Below, piece after piece: positions 34,566-41,959 of a stretch of 41,959 nucleotides of DNA. A program made the translations under genes and the position numbers. The DNA is from Basidiobolus meristosporus CBS 931.73 (taxonomy: Eukaryota; Fungi; Basidiobolomycota), in the NCBI GenBank assembly GCA_002104905.1, contig MCFE01000725.1, positions 1 through 41,959 of the forward strand, in the 5' to 3' direction. Under the pieces are notes generated by a model. That model was not told the origin of the DNA and did no database searches. It saw only the letters and a program-made list of their open reading frames with translations. The first letter of the stretch is position 1; each line of letters begins with the position of its first letter.

Positions 34566-37500
34566 ATGCCAGGACTCCCGGAGCAGCCAGACAACCCCCG
34601 TCAACCGATTTCTCCCATTACATCATCCGGCGGGTGGATTCCCATCCCCGGGTCTTAGATTCCCATAGCCATAGATTCAACTTGTTGAGAAATCCCCATC
34701 ATACCCGTATCATATACCTTATCTATTTAATGATTTAATTGGTGTGTTCTATATATAAACCTCGGTCCACCATCAAGAGGGTTGGCGTATCAGCGACGTG
34801 TTTTGTTGTGCACCTGCCTATCATGGGGGTGGAAGCAGTCCCCTCAGGATCACCGACGGGTTGCGATCACAGGGAGAACGCTGTCCAACCAGGCCACGGA
34901 GCGTTGGCTCACTGCATGCTCCCAATGACAGCGCGTATTTGCTGGTCGTCAGCACCGTCTGTGTGGAGCCCACCACGGATGGGCAGGATTTCTGCAAAGC
35001 CGGTGAAGTGCGTTGGGGCTTGGGGCCCACTGATCCCCGGCATGCTGCAGTCAGGGTCGGCAATGCCGTTGGACCAGGATTGGCGCCGCTGGGGGTGTCA
35101 GCAGCGGTAACCACGGTGAGCTCGACGTCGAGGTTGGAGAAATGGTGTGCATGTGTACGCTTCTCCAGCCGCCATCGCAGGAAACTTCTTTGTTGACTTT
35201 AGCGGGAATCGCCCCATTCCCTTGTGGATACAGAAATAGCATGGCCAGCTCTGGACTGCCACAGGGCAAGCATCATAAGGTTGCTTCCGGTCTTGGGACA
35301 TACCGAAGAGGCAAATGAACGACGATTGGTGTGGTCGAAAGGAGAAAGTTTCAGTCGACCATTAGTCCAATGCGGTAATGGTCAGTAGAGATCTGGATGG
35401 ACCAGAATCTAGCTCGGAATCACTGATATTACTTATAGAAGATTGAGTATTGCCACTTTCGGTCAATCCGATTTTAAGCACTCTCCAGCAACCAATGGAC
35501 ACCCCATGAATACCCCGAATAGCCAGCCATCTGCAGTCGGATTGGCAGGCAGAGGGATTTGTGGAGATTTTCAGCAACTATGGCTCAAGCTAGTCGATGA
35601 ATAAGACCCGTTCATTCCACCCCCTACGACTTGTCTACAGCAGAGGATGCTGTCCATGGAAGCACAGCAACCGGCATTCCAGATCCGCTCAGGTGCTGTT
35701 TTCCCTGGCTTCTGGGGAATCGGTTCCTCTTTTAGATGGCACATGCCCCGACTGAATGGATCGCCGGTGCGCACCTGCGTCTACACGCTTTTATTTGGCC
35801 ATAGCTTCATCCCTTACTGGCGCCATCTACTCGTACGGCTGTTCCCAAATACCGAGCAGGAGATGGGATTGGTGTCACACACGCTTGGGTGCCATTCTCG
35901 AGCCCGCTAACTGCAACTAGCGCTGGGCCCTCCGTCACACGTCGGCGGACTCGCAAGATTTGCATTTGCCCCTCCGCCTGCCTCGATGACTATCTGGGGG
36001 GATCACACGTTTGGCACACATATTACAGCGTCTACTCAGGACGAACGCGTGTTGCGCCTTGTCTTGTCGACCGCAACCAACTGACCCAACCAACCTCGTG
36101 AAGCTATTCCGGAGGATCCCGAATGGCCCCCTGCCATGCTGCATGCAAGGTTTGGATACAAACATCGAAGATTACGATCTTTTCCTTGATTTCACGGCCC
36201 CGTCACTGAATCCGGTGTCAACCACCCGGCCGCCCAGGGATTGGTGAGGATAGCATCATTGGCTCTACATCAGGGCTTGAGATGATCGTGTGTCACCATA
36301 GGTCGTGCTTAGGTTGAACTTCCGCTGGCCCTTAAGGGAGATCCGATCTCCCCTAGTCGGGATCTGGTTGATGGGATTTGTCACTCTACTTCTGGTTAAA
36401 TCCGATCCCCCCTATCAGTGGAAACCAGGCTTCCGCCTCTAACTGGTCTCGTGATTGAGTTTGCCCTCGACACGCTTCCTATGTTTGTGCTTATAGTTGT
36501 GAGAATTTGAAGGCCCACCCAGTTCCCGGCTATATCACGTGACGTGGTACCGGTGATCTCCCACCAAGCTGGACGACATAGGATGCATGCACTCCAGACG
36601 CTTTTCCCTAGCATCCGTGCCATAGTTCTGCGGGTACTACCCAAAGCCCCCCTACAACGGGAACGGGGTCCAAGTACATGCATGCCGCCGTGACCACTAA
36701 AGAGTGCTGTTGCAAGGAAGGTCACTTGCCGATTTGGGCCAAATGCACCGAGGTGATCAGAGTGCAAGCACCGCCGATTCCAATCCCAAATTAGTCCAAC
36801 GATTTCGCGTCATATTTGGCGGATTGCCCTGAGGGTTATTTCTAAACATATTTTTGATAATCCATCCGAAGCACTCTGAGCTAGTCTCAAGATGTACATA
36901 CGTTATTCTGAAAAGGTTTTATATGGAAGGATGCGAACCAGTAGCTACTCTGGCACAAGATACTCCAGCTTCGTTGAGATCGGTCTCATCGCATTCCTGC
37001 GGATTCCCAGCCAAGTTGCCATGTTTGTTGTCGGCATTGCGCCAATCAGTTGCTCAAATGGGAATGCGCTGTTCCATTCACTGATCCACCGTGGCATTCC
37101 GTAACCATACCTTGCCACTGAATGCCTACTACCAGATGCCATAGGCATCAGAGTACGTTTCCAATGGGACCCCTGTGCTTTACCGCGGGCAGGGGGAGGT
37201 CGCGTGAGGGCCCATCCTGAATCCATCTGACCACAACAATGGGGCGGCGTTTAGTCTTCACCAGCAGGGAATCCCTGAAAGCCTGGTAATGAGCGGGCAG
37301 TCAGAGAGTCGAACGGCCCACGATCTTTTGTGTTAGTGTTGAGAACCCCCGGTTGGATGTGCGCAGTGTCACCACATGTTCTTCAGAAAAGCATGGGCGG
37401 TGGTTGTTTATAAACATATCCAGAGAGAGATGGCGGAGACATGGGATGCTGCTGGTAGAGAGGGAATTTTTACCCGAGGTGGTCGACTATGTCCTGTAGA

Positions 37501-38829
37501 ATTCTATAGAATGTTGGATTATCTTGCCACAAGATTGGAACCCGGGATTCGTCCTGAACCAATCGGCACTCAGGGATTTGCCCTCGATGCGCGAGCATAA
37601 CTGCTGAAAGATCAATCATCAACTAGGTTTAGGATCGACATTGTGCAGGGGATTTGGAAAATTGGATTCACTCAGCACTCCTAGACGACAATGGCCCTGA
37701 CCGGATATGTGTGTGGGCTTTTATTCGTGAATTATGCTGTATACGGAACTATCCACAGGTTAATATGCCACCGCATCCTATCCGATTCAATCCAGAATAC
37801 TCTGCCTGGTTGCGCTTCATCTACTGCAGACTGGAATTCTACTTTCTACCAATTTGCATTCTACTAAACCAAAGCCAACCTTGGTTACGAGTTAGCTCCG
37901 GGCGCTCGATGTGTCATCATAAAGCAAATCCTTCAATATAGTATCACTTGACGTCCTTGCTTCTCGCCTTGTTTATCGCCAGCCCACTGATGGAACTCCA
38001 ATATACAAACCAGATCCGCCTTCACCATAGCAATCGCCGCTGAAGCTTAAAATGCTTGCAGGGATGCATGCTCCAGAGATACGACCGCCTGCCTTCCCAG
38101 ATGCAAGAGAGACCAAACCAGTAACTTGGCTTGTATAAGCGATGGTAACTCTTGCCGAGATAGATGTCCTTAGATCTTCAAGGCTCAGTGGTGATCGGAT
38201 ACCATTAGCACAACGGATTCCCAAATAAACTAAAACTCCGTGTGGGCACTTTCCCTACTCTCGATCTCTCACCAATTGCTATTGACTTCAACATGACTGG
38301 GCTAAATCTTGACCACTAAAATGCACGTGTAAGTCTCGTTGCTTGGTGGAGCACACATATCCCCAACTCTATCAATCCACTGTGACGACCAGTATCCATA
38401 CTTCCATATACTTTACCAATGGCTGTTTTCTCCGTCAAAGCTTGCACCTTCCACGCGTGGGGTACGCTCGGATGGCGCCGGAACGATCAATTTTCTCGCA
38501 CAGTATTAGTAGCGACAATATGCCTGCTGCACCAACTACGGTGGCATTTTCGTTATTCCCACAACATGATTCGCTCCTTAATTGTTAAGACCGATCACCG
38601 GCTCAGGCATCTGGTTGATCAAAGTTGTCCCAATGTTGAATAGCATAGTCTGATAATTACCAAAATTCAATTTCGCAGTAAGCTGTGTTTTAATTTGCAT
38701 TTAATCGTGATATAATAGGCTCCCCTCTTCCTGTTGCCTGATTAGCTGCACTTTTGATCTACCATCATTCACTACAAATATATTAGATGGCACCTTGGCC
38801 AGCTTTTTATTTTGCCTGTGACAGTCAAA

Positions 38830-39680
38830 CAAACTAGGTGTATGGTGCTACAAGAAAGTGATCTTTGAGATATTGTTACAGGAGAAGAAAGCCCTCCTAA
38901 AGGTTCAGAAGAAAGTACAAAGTGCCTTTAACTGCATCTACCTTAATGTTGAAGACAAATTACTGATTTAATGCTTAAGAGCACAGATGGCAACAAATGC
39001 CTGGAAGACATTAGCAGACACCTACCAGTCATGCTCAGCTGCCAATAAATGTATGGTGAGAGTATTTCAAGTAAATCCTGCCAAGGAGTTTGGTCAGTAT
39101 TCTCTAAGATTTATAGGTAATGATCTGAGTGACCAAGTAGGTAAATATTCCGGTGGTATTACAGATTCTTGTATCACTGCCACTTGACTAAATGCTCTGA
39201 CTGAGAAGTTCTTGCTGAAAGAATCTTGGAGATATTGGAAGTGATTAGAAGAATAGATAGATTATGTGGTTTTCATTCAATGATTTATTGGATGTAGAAG
39301 TAGTGTTTATACTTTTACATGGTTTGGGCAGAGCAAACACATAAAATCGATCAAGGAAGGTCCCAAGTGTTGTAAGAATATGTGATTCCACCTAAATACT
39401 AGCCTGGCTTAGTCACTTAGATCATTACCTAATATTCTTAGAGAGTACTGACCAAATTCCTTGCTGGGATTTACTTAGAATATATTGAACAGAATATCAG
39501 ATACCCATAGCATGAAAATTCTCAGAGTTATCCAAACAGCCCCAAACTTTGCACATATGATCTTGGGACCTTCCTAAACCTATACTTTGTGTATTTTGCT
39601 AAGACCATGTAAAAGTATAAATGCTACATTTAGATTCAGTAAATCATTATGTGAAAACCACCTATACTCCAACAGCACCT
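38830..39680. mobile_element. Scrambled copia gag and LTR remnants in both orientations
   Basis: 38830-39045 resembles gag at 15600-15835. LTR pieces lie at ~39050-39175, ~39215-39368 (reverse) and 39369-~39665 (forward, starting TGTTGTAAG). Confidence 0.75.
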
Positions 39681-39682
39681 AA

Positions 39683-41745
39683 TGTTGTAAAAATTTGTAA
39701 TTCCACCTAAATACTCACCTAGCTTAGTCACTTAAATCATTACCCTCAAACTCTAGAGAATACTGACCAAATTCCTTGTTGGGATTTACTTAGAATACTT
39801 TCACCAAAATACCAGGTACCCAGAACATGAGAATTCTCAAAGTTGTCCAAACAGCCCCAAACTTTGCACACATGTTCTTGGGACCTTCCTTAACTGATTT
39901 TATGTGCTTATAATACCAAGACCGGGTAAAAGTATAAATACTACTTTTACATTCAATAAATCATTAAGTGAAAACCACATAATCTACTAGTTCTCCCAAT
40001 CACTTCCAATATTTCCAAGACTCATACAACAGGCTATGAGCCCCAAGATGACACTCTCTGCAATGTCTACTACTGCTATTACTGGAATTTTTCCCTCTGC
40101 TGAAAAGTTGGATGGATCTAACTACCTGTTGTAAGAGTCTTGGAGATATTGGAAGTGATTTGGAGAACAAGTAGATTATGTGGTTTTCACTTAATGATTT
40201 ATTGAATGTAAAAGTAGTATTTATACTTTTACATGGTCTTGGCATTACAAGCACATAAAATAGGTTAAGGAAGGTCCCAAGAACATGTGTGCAAAGTGTG
40301 GGGCTGTTTGGACAACTTTGAGAATTTTCATGTTCTGGGTACCTGGTATTTTGGTGAAAATATTCTAAGTAAATCCCAACAAGGAATTTGGTCAGTATTC
40401 TCTAGGATATGAAGGTGATGATCTAAGTGACTATGTTAGGTGAATATTTAGGTGGAAATACAAATTTTTACAACACTACCAAGTGTGGAAGGTGAAGATG
40501 AAGATGCTGCTACAACAAAGAGGCCTTTGGGATATTGTCATGGGAGAAGAATGCCCTCCTAAAAATGTGGGAGAGGAAGCCTTTAAGTACCAGAAGAAAT
40601 AACAAAGTGCCTTTAACTGCATTTGCTTTAATGTCAAGGACATATTGCTAATTCAATGCTCAAGAGCAAAAACAGCAAAGAATGCCTGGAAGGCATTAGA
40701 AGACACCTACCAGTCATATTCAGCTGCTAAGAAAATGAATCTGAGAAAAGATTCTTTACTACAAAGATGCTGCCAGGAGAAGATATGAAAATCTAATTAA
40801 CAGAATTACCCTGCTGGTAGATGAGATGGAACCTGTGGGCATACCAACTACTGATGAGGATGTGATAGTTACCATCCTGAACAGCCTGACAGACAGGTTT
40901 CAGGGCCTTGTATCAGCCCTAGAGTCCAGAACTGAAGATTTTACCTTAAATTACATATATGGAAGGCTCCTGGATGAAGAATGAAGAAAATCAGGCTCCA
41001 ATAAGAAGGAAGAAGAAAATGCCTTAATAAGCAATGATAACCAACAAAGGAGGTACCCAAGACCCTACAAAGGCAACAGCAACCTATTTTGCAACTACTG
41101 CAAAAGGAAAGGACACACATCAGACCGGTGTTTCAAAAAGAGAGATTATCAGCAAAAGAAGCCTGAATATGGAAATGCTGCAACAACTGAAGATAGACTA
41201 TTCATATCTGCACTAAATATGACCACAAACAAGGATTCTCAGACGTGGTATATTGACTCTGGAGCTTCTCAACACTTTACACACCAAAAAGAACTTTTTA
41301 CCCAATATCAAGAAATTCCAATTAAGAAGGTTTTCATGGGTGACAATAGAACACTTAATGCAGTGGGAGAAGGAACTATCCTAGTAAACCTTAGAAGCAG
41401 TAAAGGAAGCCATACACTGACCTTTAAAGAAGTACTCTATGTACCAGAAATAGCCAAGAACCTACTCTCTGTAAGCAAGGCCACAGCAGAAGGACTCGGT
41501 TTCAGTTTTGACAATTCTGGATGCAGGATCACTGATCAAAATGGTGCCCATATTGCTTTGGGCATCAGAGATCAGAATCTATACCAGTTGACTTATATTC
41601 CATCATATATGGAAGCCAATATAAGTAACTTAAATCAAGAAACACCAATGCTTTGGCACAGGAGATTTGGACACATCAATTTTGATTATTTGCGCAAAAT
41701 GATCAAAGATCAGCTAATTTCTGGAGTGAAAATTGATCCCCCAGC
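39683..41745 (+). mobile_element. Ty1/copia element truncated by the telomere; 5' LTR 39683-40031, PBS from 40032
   Basis: LTR, then GGCTATGAGCCCC, gag, protease (WYIDSGASQH) and GAG-pre-integrase (LWHRRFGH). It stops at KIDPPA. Confidence 0.93.
40127..40475 (-). mobile_element. Copia solo LTR (349 bp), antisense within gag, TSD CTACC
   Basis: TGTTGTAA...TTACAACA with CTACC on both sides. The empty site is visible at ~15575-15590. Confidence 0.95.
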
Positions 41746-41959
41746 TTAGGGTTAGGGTTAGGGTTAGGGTTAGGGTTAGGGTTAGGGTTAGGGTTAGGGT
41801 TAGGGTTAGGGTTAGGGTTAGGGTTAGGGTTAGGGTTAGGGTTAGGGTTAGGGTTAGGTTAGGGTTAGGGTTAGGTTAGGGTTAGGGTTAGGGTTAGGGT
41901 TAGGGTTAGGGTTAGGGTTAGGGTTAGGGTTAGGGTTAGGGTTAGGGTTAGGTTAGGGT
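41746..41959 (+). repeat. Telomeric (TTAGGG)n array, ~35 units
   Basis: Uninterrupted TTAGGG to the end of the window, with three distal TTAGG variants. Confidence 0.98.

Noticed and set aside
31894-38643. Numerous 60-165 aa track ORFs in the GC-rich island
   Set aside because: They overlap on both strands, as expected in GC-rich DNA, and show no recognisable domains. Only the HPP exons are supported.
41850-41959. TTAGG variant telomere units
   Set aside because: Three single-G losses in the distal array are most simply homopolymer sequencing or consensus errors.

Overview
Right-hand end of a eukaryotic chromosome, most consistent with a fungus (TTAGGG telomere, 64-bp intron with CTAAC branch point, chromovirus); the lineage cannot be fixed from this window. 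Bases ~1-30,900 and ~38,800-41,745 are a CpG-depleted nest of decayed Ty1/copia and Ty3/gypsy retroelements, solo LTRs and a palindromic MITE family. Target-site duplications (TSDs) resolve much of the insertion order. The youngest-looking insert is a complete 3.44-kb PIF/Harbinger-related (PHIS superfamily, Pangu-like) DNA transposon at 19331-22772 with an AAT TSD. It carries an intact but entirely CpG-free DDE transposase and a divergent, CpG-rich partner ORF broken by two TGA codons (probably from CGA). Its ~734-bp foldback MITE is built from two copies of the left end only. A CpG-retaining island (~30.9-38.7 kb) holds one recognisable host gene, a 2-exon HPP-family membrane protein. The telomere is joined directly to the middle of a copia pol gene. 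All coordinates and counts were read by eye; no searches were run.
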